Shown: piece after piece, positions 27,600-35,098 of the stretch
Position numbering within the stretch: the first letter of the stretch is position 1
Layout: each line of letters begins with the position of its first letter
Origin: Gemmatimonadota bacterium
GTDB taxonomy: Bacteria > Gemmatimonadota > Gemmatimonadetes > Palauibacterales > Palauibacteraceae
NCBI GenBank assembly: GCA_046758745.1
Contig: JBHIAV010000005.1
Location: 1-64,000 of the forward strand
Direction of reading: 5' to 3'
Length of the DNA: 64,000 nt
Position numbers and translations under genes: made by a program
The notes under the pieces: generated by a model
The model's input: the letters and a program-made list of their open reading frames with translations, nothing else
Told to the model about the DNA's origin: nothing
Databases searched by the model: none

Positions 27600-28451
27600 T
27601 CATCGCGCGGCCGCCGCGTGGACCCCGTGCAGGTCGATCGGCTCGCCGAGCGGCACGACGGCATCGGCCGCCATGTCACTGCGGAAGGTGAAGCTGATCT
27701 CCTTCGTCTCCTGCGCGCCCACCGTGACGTTTTGGGTGAGCGTGCCGTACAGCTCGTGCCACGCCTCGACGACGTAGTCTCCCGGCGGCAGCCCGTCGAG
27801 GGTGAAGGATCCGTTCGACCCGGAGACGGAGTGGAAGGGGTGCTCCGTGACGCCGATGTAGGCCTCCATCCACCCGTGCACGTCGCACTTCACCGGGACC
27901 ATGATCTCGGGGAAGGCGAACTTTTTCGTCGTCTCCATTCCCTCACGCGGCTGGCTCACGTTGAAGCCGCGGTTCTCCGTCGGCTGGGTGTTGATGTTGT
28001 GCAGCAGCGGGTCGCTGTTCCTGATGAGGAGCGGCTGCCCGGCCTGGATCCCCAGCACGTGCGGATGGTACCGGCAGCCATCCTGGTCGATCACGACTGG
28101 CTCCGAGGGTGGCGCGAAGCTCTGGCTGAGCCCGGACTTCACGTACACGAAGACATTGGCCAGCCGCCCGTCCGTCACCACCACGCCCTCGGTCATGGGC
28201 GGGCCTTCCTCGTACTTGACAGCGCAGTCCGGCTCCTCGGCCATGTCGATCGGCTGCGCGGCAGGCGGCGTACCCTCGAAAGCAATGTGGCCGCGAATCG
28301 TGGCGGCGACCGCCGGATCGACGGCCGGCGCGGCCGATGCGGCTTCGCCGCCTTCCTCCGCGCCCGCGCTCTCGCCCTCGCCTCCACCGCCGCACGCCAT
28401 GAGGCCCACCAGAAGGACCCCGGTCGCCAGCATCCTCTCTCGATCTCTCAT
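27600..28451 (-). CDS. Lipoprotein with cupredoxin-like and carboxypeptidase-regulatory-like domains
   Basis: Lipobox LMAC; DQDGCRYHPHV, NSDPLLHN, KCDVHGWM; LPPGDYVVEAWHE. Confidence 0.8.
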   Translation of the reverse strand: MRDRERMLATGVLLVGLMACGGGGEGESAGAEEGGEAASAAPAVDPAVAATIRGHIAFEGTPPAAQPIDMAEEPDCAVKYEEGPPMTEGVVVTDGRLANVFVYVKSGLSQSFAPPSEPVVIDQDGCRYHPHVLGIQAGQPLLIRNSDPLLHNINTQPTENRGFNVSQPREGMETTKKFAFPEIMVPVKCDVHGWMEAYIGVTEHPFHSVSGSNGSFTLDGLPPGDYVVEAWHELYGTLTQNVTVGAQETKEISFTFRSDMAADAVVPLGEPIDLHGVHAAAAR

Positions 28452-28497
28452 CCCTTGCCTCCGAAGAAAGAGCCTCCGACTCTCGGCAGAGCCGTTC

Positions 28498-30066
28498 TCA
28501 CACCATGACCGCCTGCGCCTCCTCCTCCCGGCGCGCCCGCCGCTGCGCTCGCGATACCGCCAGCAGACCGAGGCCGCCGGTGAGCAGCACGGCCAACACG
28601 GGCGCCGCGTACCGGACGGTGGAGGCGGGTTCCTCCAGGTACACATAGTACCATCCGCTCACCGATCCCCGCACGGCCGTCTCCCCGCTGGAGCCATCCC
28701 ACGCGAAGAACGCCACCGGGATGGCGACACCCTCCTGGAAGGCGAGCGCCCCTTCCGTCTTTGTCACCAGGGCACGCCGGAAGTGCACGCGCCACCGGCC
28801 GTCATCGTACGCGGCGGAGCCGCCCACTCCCTCGCCGTCCATCGGCTGGAGCTGGCCGAGCCCCCGGGCCCAGGCCTCGCCGACCCCACCCTCGCTCCCC
28901 CAGCTCCAAAGGTACACGGGCCTCCGTCCGTCGCCCATCAGGAAGTACGGCCTCTCCATCCCTTCCGGGATCGTCGGCGGGAACTGCACGAGAAGCCCGT
29001 CGGGGAGATGCGGCAGCTCGGTGACGGTCGTATCCCGATCGTCGGCGAAGAGCGTGGCCGTGATCTTTTCCTGCCACTCGTCCCACGAGGGATCCGGACT
29101 GCGTGAGGGGTCCGACCAGCTCACGCGCATCGCCAGCTCCGTCCCGTCGTGCGCCGCCTGCACCCACACCCCATCCACCGCGGGTGCCAACTGGCGGGGC
29201 TTCTGGATCACCTGACCGACGAGGGGGATGTAGAAGGTCTCCATCTTGTCCCACCCCTGCGCGTCGGGACCGTCCGGGAGAGGGCCCTCGAACCGGCGCG
29301 CGACGATTACGTCCCGCACGCGGGGCTCGCTCTCCGGCGCGAGGCTGCGGACGTAGCGCGCCAGGTCCCACAGCTCCTTGTCGGACACCACCCCGGAGGC
29401 GAGGGCGTCGCTGTACGCCGGCATCGGCGTGCCGTCCAGCCCGGTGAGCATCCGAGTGTGGATCGCCTCGACCGTGAAGCCGCCGTTGAAGCCCCAGGGC
29501 TCGGTGAGATCGGCCGCGCGGATGGGCAGCTTCCGCCAATCCTCGAGCGTCGGCGCCGATTGTCCGTTGCCACGGCCGGAGTCGCCATGGCACTTCCAGC
29601 ACTCGAGCGCCCGGTAGGCGTCCCTCCCGGACTCGAGGGCGTCCGCCCCACCGCCCGGGTCGCTCCCCAGATCGGCCGGCTGCGGGGCGGCCCCCTGGAA
29701 GAAGCGCGAGAAGCTCTTGATGTAGGCGATCACGTCCCGTCGCTCGGCCTCGCCGAGGTTCGGCCACGCCGGCATCACGGTGCCCGGCATGCCGTTGCGC
29801 AACACGTTGAGGAGATCCTCATCGGTCGGGAGCTCCCCGCTCGCCGTGGTGCGAATCTGGTAGCGTGCCTGCACGAAGTCGCGCGGCCGCGGGAGCATCC
29901 GATCGGCGGCCGGACCGTCGCCGCGTCCCTCGGCGCCGTGACACTCCACGCACCACTTCTCGTACAGCGCCCTCCCCCGCTCCGCGTCCTGCGCCCCGCA
30001 GGGCGCGGCCAGGGCGAGGAGGGTGAGGGCGGCCGCGCATGCGGGCCCGACGCCGCGCGAGCTCAA
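28498..30066 (-). CDS. Diheme cytochrome c fused to an ethylbenzene-dehydrogenase-gamma-like (EB_dh/DOMON) domain, with C-terminal TM anchor
   Basis: TTGA overlap start; CVECH and CWKCH with GTVMP/GTPMP Met ligands; AMRVSWSDPS, PYFLMGD and FFAWDGSSGE motifs. Confidence 0.85.
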   Translation of the reverse strand: MSSRGVGPACAAALTLLALAAPCGAQDAERGRALYEKWCVECHGAEGRGDGPAADRMLPRPRDFVQARYQIRTTASGELPTDEDLLNVLRNGMPGTVMPAWPNLGEAERRDVIAYIKSFSRFFQGAAPQPADLGSDPGGGADALESGRDAYRALECWKCHGDSGRGNGQSAPTLEDWRKLPIRAADLTEPWGFNGGFTVEAIHTRMLTGLDGTPMPAYSDALASGVVSDKELWDLARYVRSLAPESEPRVRDVIVARRFEGPLPDGPDAQGWDKMETFYIPLVGQVIQKPRQLAPAVDGVWVQAAHDGTELAMRVSWSDPSRSPDPSWDEWQEKITATLFADDRDTTVTELPHLPDGLLVQFPPTIPEGMERPYFLMGDGRRPVYLWSWGSEGGVGEAWARGLGQLQPMDGEGVGGSAAYDDGRWRVHFRRALVTKTEGALAFQEGVAIPVAFFAWDGSSGETAVRGSVSGWYYVYLEEPASTVRYAAPVLAVLLTGGLGLLAVSRAQRRARREEEAQAVMV

Positions 30067-30869
30067 CTCCCCCCTCCTCCCGCCGCCAGCTCCCACGTGC
30101 GCGGCGTCCATCCCGTCTGGTCGTACAGGTACAGGATCACCGCCCAGATCTCCTCCTCGGCGAGAAGAGACTCCCAAGCCGGCATGGCGGAGTTCCACGG
30201 CGTCCCCTCCCTGGGCAGCCCCGGTCCCCCTTTGGCGATGCGCCAGAAGACATAGCTCTCGGTGAGCTGGGCGATCGTGCCGTTGTCCGTGAAGTCGGCC
30301 GGGACCGGATTGAAGGCGTGGGCGAAGTGCCCCTCGCCGTCCAGGCGATCGCCGTGGCACGGGACGCAATTCTGCACGTAGACCCGCGCGCCGACCTGCA
30401 GGTGCTCCTGCATGGAGCCTTCCGCCCTCAGGGGATTCTCCAGTCCCGCCAGGCGCATCGTCTTCCCGCGGAAGGTGATCTCGTTCGGCGGAGCCGGATG
30501 GATCGAGCGGAGCGCGGCCGGCGCGGCGAAGCTCGGACGCACCTGCCGGTACGCGGCGAACCCGATGAGAAGGGGCAGGACGATGAGCAGGGCGATCCGT
30601 ACCCCGCGCCGATCCGGGTCCACCATCACCCCGTGGATCGGCTCCTTGAAGGTCCGCCACCGCTCCTCATCCGCGCTCACGTACAGGAGGACGCCGACCA
30701 GGGCGGTGAGCATGAACTGCACCACGACCGAGCGGGGCACGGGAGCGCTCGCAGCTCCGAAGAGCGGGGGCAGGTAGGCGATCCCGTAGCGGAAGAGGAG
30801 GTACGAAGCCGCGAGGAGGAGAAGGGCCTGCCAGAACGGGTGCCGGAGGAAGCCGCGGGGATCCGTCAC
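30063..30869 (-). CDS. Membrane-anchored monoheme cytochrome c
   Basis: 3 N-terminal TM helices; CVPCH; NSAMPAW distal Met. Confidence 0.88.
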   Translation of the reverse strand: MTDPRGFLRHPFWQALLLLAASYLLFRYGIAYLPPLFGAASAPVPRSVVVQFMLTALVGVLLYVSADEERWRTFKEPIHGVMVDPDRRGVRIALLIVLPLLIGFAAYRQVRPSFAAPAALRSIHPAPPNEITFRGKTMRLAGLENPLRAEGSMQEHLQVGARVYVQNCVPCHGDRLDGEGHFAHAFNPVPADFTDNGTIAQLTESYVFWRIAKGGPGLPREGTPWNSAMPAWESLLAEEEIWAVILYLYDQTGWTPRTWELAAGGGGS

Positions 30870-30987
30870 CGTCGCATCCTCCAGGTGGCTCCCCGCCTCC
30901 TCGCGCCGCCGCGCCGCCGGAACCGCCGGCGCGAACCCTCACGCTCTCCCGCATGGGGCCGCGCGGCACGACCGATCGGGACGCGGC

Positions 30988-31785
30988 TCACTTTCGCTCC
31001 GACAGGAACTGCACGATCGCCTCGAGCTGCGCAGCCGTAAGCTGCTGGCCGAACGTGGGCGGCATCGTGCCGGCGAACTGCTCGAAGCCCTGCGCCGTGT
31101 CCGCGTTCGGAAAGAGGATGGAACGGCGGATGTAGTCCGGCGCCAGGCGCGCTCCCATCCCGTCGAAGGGGGGACCGAGGGCGCCACCCGCCCCGTCGAG
31201 CAGGTGGCAGGCGAGGCACCCGCTCGCCTCGATGAGCTCGCCCGGGTCCGTAGCGGCCGGCGGCGTCCCGGCTCCACCCTGCGGCGCGGCGGCCGCCACG
31301 CCACCGCTCGCGGGGGCGCCTTCCTCCCCCGCCGTAGCGGCAATGTCATCGGCCGTAACCGTCACCGTCCCGCCCTGGCTCTCGAGGAAGGCCACCACGG
31401 CCCAGATCTGTTCGTTGGAGAGGGTGCGCCGCATGTCCGGCATGATCGGCTGGAAGCCCTCCACGAGGAAGGCCGTCGGCTCGACCAGCGACTGATACAG
31501 GTACTCCTTGCAGGCGAAGTCAGAACGCCGCGTCGCGCAGTTCGAGCCCACGACGCCCAGGAGGTCGGGAGCGCGGGTGCCGAGCCCGTGGCACGTCGTG
31601 CAGCCCCCGGCCCCCAGGTAGATCTCCTCTCCCGCCGCCGCCAGCTCCTCCGCGGTCACGTCCGCCCCGAGCACGAGCTCGGTCGGGACCTCCGACTCCA
31701 GCTGAGGGATGATGTTCGCCACGGTGGTGTACACGGCCAGGGTGCCGACCACCGTCAGAACGATCGCCACGTTCGTGCGCCACAC
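30988..31785 (-). CDS. Membrane-anchored diheme cytochrome c
   Basis: GTG start after GAGG; CTTCH...PIMP and CLACH...GTMP. Confidence 0.88.
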   Translation of the reverse strand: MWRTNVAIVLTVVGTLAVYTTVANIIPQLESEVPTELVLGADVTAEELAAAGEEIYLGAGGCTTCHGLGTRAPDLLGVVGSNCATRRSDFACKEYLYQSLVEPTAFLVEGFQPIMPDMRRTLSNEQIWAVVAFLESQGGTVTVTADDIAATAGEEGAPASGGVAAAAPQGGAGTPPAATDPGELIEASGCLACHLLDGAGGALGPPFDGMGARLAPDYIRRSILFPNADTAQGFEQFAGTMPPTFGQQLTAAQLEAIVQFLSERK

Positions 31786-31795
31786 GTCCGGTTCC

Positions 31796-33628
31796 TCAGC
31801 TCCCCGTCGCCAGCTCGGGGGCGAGACCGCCGGGTCCGCCCGCCCGCGCGGTGGCGAGCACCGGCTTCTCCACCAGGCCCCCGATCCAGAAGATGAGCGC
31901 CACCAGTCCAAGGAAGATGAGCACGCACACGCTGATGATCACCGACGCCGGCCCGAGCGCCGGGGTGACGGCCTGCGGACTCGTGTCCCGGACGACCTCA
32001 TAGATGTGCCAGTGCTGCCGGATGCCGCTCCGCGCGAAGCCCATCAGCCCCATCAGCCAGGTGAAGGTGACCGCGAGGATGAAGAGCGCGTACTGCGAGC
32101 GGGCCGGCATGTGGCCCCAGCGGATGGCGCCGCGCGATTCCGCCCCGCGCATGAGCGCGATGTCGATGAAGACGACGAAGAGGATCGCGGCCAGCACGGC
32201 GAGCACCTGGTAGACGCTGAACCCGATGCGCACGATCGCGGTGACGAAGTAGCCGTACACACCGTAGAAGACGACCACCGCCGTCGCGGCGGCCAGCGCG
32301 ATCCCCTGCGTGATCGTCCCCGTCCGTGCCCAGCTCACCACCGGGGTCTTGTTGGCCCGCCGGTACAGCATGAAGGAAAGGAAGGTGGTGAGGATCATCA
32401 GGTTCACCGCGGTGTTCTTGGCGCTCATCACGCCGAGCACGCCGAGGAAGGGATGGTGCGTCCCTCCCATCGCCGCGATCTCGTCGCGGGTCGCGATCAT
32501 GGTGTGCGGGGTAGCCCACACGATCACGCCGAGGACCAGGAGGAGGAGCATCCACTTCACGTACTTCGTGAACCGCTCGGCCCCCGGGATCCTCCCCATG
32601 CCGATCCACAGGTAGTAGTTGCCGGCCAAGAAGAGCACCCCGATGAGGAAGGCCTGGACGATCCACAGCCAGCTCATGAAGCCGCCCATCATCGTGATGC
32701 CGAGCTGCTCGTTGAACTCGTAGACCTCCCGGCCCAGGTAGTAGCCGGCGAACGGGAGGACGATGAGGGCTCCGATGGCGATGAAGTTCCCCACGTAGCC
32801 CATCCAGTCGTAGTGCGCCCGCTCCTCGTCGGTACGGGCGGCGAGGAAGCGGTAGGCGGCGTACGCGCCCACAATGGCCCCGCCGAACACCACGTTGGCG
32901 ATGAGCCGGTGGATGTTGATCGGCATCCAGGTGGCGTTGGCGATGGCGCTCCACGTCTGCACGGTGGCCGGGGCCGTGTCCGGTGTCGCCTCGGCGGGCG
33001 GGCTCATCATGTAGGTGAGCCATCCGTTGGCGATGAACATCACCACCGTGCCCCACACGTTGAGCAGGATCCCGAGGCTCCAGTGCCACGCCTTGGCCCG
33101 CCCCGCCTTCCACCGCTCCCACCCGTAGTAGTACAGGTACAGGGTGAACGACTCCAGGAAGAAGAGCCCGACGTACAGCCACATCGAGGGTCCGAAGACG
33201 GCCGTCATGTATGCCCAGAAGACGGGGTACAGGGTCGAGAGGAAGAAGACGAGGATGGCGCCCCAGATCGCCGTGGCGCTGTAGGCGATGAGGAGGAGGC
33301 GGGTGAACTCCCTGGCCAGCCGGTCGTATCTGTCGTCCTTGCCGAAGATCCCGATCGCCTCCACCACCACCGCGAACATCGGAACCCCGAGCACGAAGGC
33401 CGCGAACATGAGGTGCACCTCGGCCGCGATCCACACCGCTCCGCGCGCGCCCACGATCGGGAAGTCTCCGTACGCCCGGACCGCCTCCTGCGCGACGAGC
33501 GGATCGGCCGCGAGCAGCAGCCCGGCGGCGATCGCCCCTCCGACGCCGAAGGCGCGTCTCCCGACCCTCCTACCAGCCGCAGCGGGCGCCCGCACGCGCC
33601 GCGTGCCGAGGCGGGGGGATCTTCTCAC
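31796..33628 (-). CDS. Cytochrome bd subunit I-like ('bd-like oxidase') membrane protein; no CydB partner nearby
   Basis: GTGA overlap start; HLMFAAFVLGVP, RYDRLAREF, FFLESFTLYLY, INIHRLIAN and MGFARSGIRQHW motifs; more than 12 TM segments. Confidence 0.82.
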   Translation of the reverse strand: MRRSPRLGTRRVRAPAAAGRRVGRRAFGVGGAIAAGLLLAADPLVAQEAVRAYGDFPIVGARGAVWIAAEVHLMFAAFVLGVPMFAVVVEAIGIFGKDDRYDRLAREFTRLLLIAYSATAIWGAILVFFLSTLYPVFWAYMTAVFGPSMWLYVGLFFLESFTLYLYYYGWERWKAGRAKAWHWSLGILLNVWGTVVMFIANGWLTYMMSPPAEATPDTAPATVQTWSAIANATWMPINIHRLIANVVFGGAIVGAYAAYRFLAARTDEERAHYDWMGYVGNFIAIGALIVLPFAGYYLGREVYEFNEQLGITMMGGFMSWLWIVQAFLIGVLFLAGNYYLWIGMGRIPGAERFTKYVKWMLLLLVLGVIVWATPHTMIATRDEIAAMGGTHHPFLGVLGVMSAKNTAVNLMILTTFLSFMLYRRANKTPVVSWARTGTITQGIALAAATAVVVFYGVYGYFVTAIVRIGFSVYQVLAVLAAILFVVFIDIALMRGAESRGAIRWGHMPARSQYALFILAVTFTWLMGLMGFARSGIRQHWHIYEVVRDTSPQAVTPALGPASVIISVCVLIFLGLVALIFWIGGLVEKPVLATARAGGPGGLAPELATGS

Positions 33629-34986
33629 GATCGGTCCCTGCCTCCGGCGAAGAACGGGAGGCGACGCGAGAAGTCGATCGGCATCTCCGAGCGAATCCTC
33701 TCCATGAGCTCCGGCGTGACGCGGGCGTGCCCCTTCCGGCGGGCGTACGCCTCGACCCGGCTCACCACGACACCCCGCACGAAGGAGGGGATCCGGGCGA
33801 GCCGCGCCTCGGCCTCCGGCGTCCACTCCAGCTCCGGGAGCTGCGCCATGCCGTACAGCACCGCGCGCCGAGGCTCCACCACCGGGAGGTCGCCGGCGGG
33901 CTCGTACGCGCAGGAGGGATCCTCGGCCAGGAAGTCCCCGTCCCGCGCGAAGGCGCGTGCCCGGCACCCGCCGCACACCTTCCGGTACTCGCACCTTCCG
34001 CACTTCCCCCCCAGCTCCCCCTCGCGCAGGAGGCGGAAGAGGGGAGCCGAGCGCCACACCTCCGCGAACCCCTCCGACCGCAGGTCGCCGGCCACGGCCG
34101 GAAGGTAAGGGCAGGGCGTAAGCTTCCCCTCGGGAGTGATCCGGCAGTACTGCACGCCGCATGGGCAGCGGGTGCCGTAGTTGAGGAGAGGCGACTCGGG
34201 GTCGGACTCCCATGCGTGACGCATGATCTGCGGCTGGCACTTCGAGCGGACGAGCATCCGGCCCCGGTATCTCCGCTCCAGGATGACGAGGCCGCGCAGG
34301 ACCTCCTCGTTCTCGACCGGAGCGAGGCCCCGCATCCCCTCACCCCGACCGGTCTGGACCAGGAAGTACACGTTGAACGACACGGCCCCCGCATCGGCGG
34401 CCCACTCGGCCAGTGCGGGTATCTCGTCCCGATTCCCTCGCGTGACCGTCGTCTGGACGATGAAGTCGAGGCGCGCATTCCTCAGCCGTTCCACCGCCCC
34501 CAGCGTCTCCTCCAGCGCTCCGGATCCGTGCCGGAAGCGGTCGTGGTAGCGAGGGTTCAGCGAGTCGACGCTGATCGCCGCCCCGCTCACTCCGGCCTCC
34601 TGCAGGGACTCGATTCGCTCCACGGTCAGCCGCGTGCCGTTCGTCCCGACGACCACCGTGGCGCCCCCCTTGTGGGCGTGTGAGGCGATCGCCTCCAGGT
34701 CGTCGCGGAGGAGGGGCTCGCCCCCGCTGAGGATCAGCAGGGGAGCGGGGTTCAAGGCGAGGATCTCTTCGATGATGCGGAAGCACTCCCCCGTCGTGAG
34801 CTCTCCCTCCGCGGAGTGCCACGTTCCGGCGGAGATATAGCAATGCGCGCACGCGAGATTGCAGCGACGGGTGACGTTCCACGCCACCACGTGGGGAAGG
34901 TAGCCGTCGCCGGCAGCCGGCCGTGCCCCCGGACGCGCCGCCACGAGGGCCTCCGGCCACTCGGGTGCGCCGGCCGGCCCGCTCAC
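33625..34986 (-). CDS. Radical SAM/SPASM protein (AhbD/NirJ-like) with C-terminal PCP_red domain
   Basis: WNVTRRCNLACAHCY; SGGEPL; SPASM cysteines (CPCG, TPCPY, CGRC...CGGCRARA...DPSC); tail LEWTPEAEARLARIPSFVRG. Confidence 0.88.
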   Translation of the reverse strand: MSGPAGAPEWPEALVAARPGARPAAGDGYLPHVVAWNVTRRCNLACAHCYISAGTWHSAEGELTTGECFRIIEEILALNPAPLLILSGGEPLLRDDLEAIASHAHKGGATVVVGTNGTRLTVERIESLQEAGVSGAAISVDSLNPRYHDRFRHGSGALEETLGAVERLRNARLDFIVQTTVTRGNRDEIPALAEWAADAGAVSFNVYFLVQTGRGEGMRGLAPVENEEVLRGLVILERRYRGRMLVRSKCQPQIMRHAWESDPESPLLNYGTRCPCGVQYCRITPEGKLTPCPYLPAVAGDLRSEGFAEVWRSAPLFRLLREGELGGKCGRCEYRKVCGGCRARAFARDGDFLAEDPSCAYEPAGDLPVVEPRRAVLYGMAQLPELEWTPEAEARLARIPSFVRGVVVSRVEAYARRKGHARVTPELMERIRSEMPIDFSRRLPFFAGGRDRS

Positions 34987-35098
34987 GTCGCCCTGGACAC
35001 CCGCACCGGAGGCACCGCGACCCTACCCGGCCGCGCGCCGGGGTGGCTCCATGACGCGGAGGGCCCGGCACGGCTGTGTGGGATCGGAGCTCCCCTCA

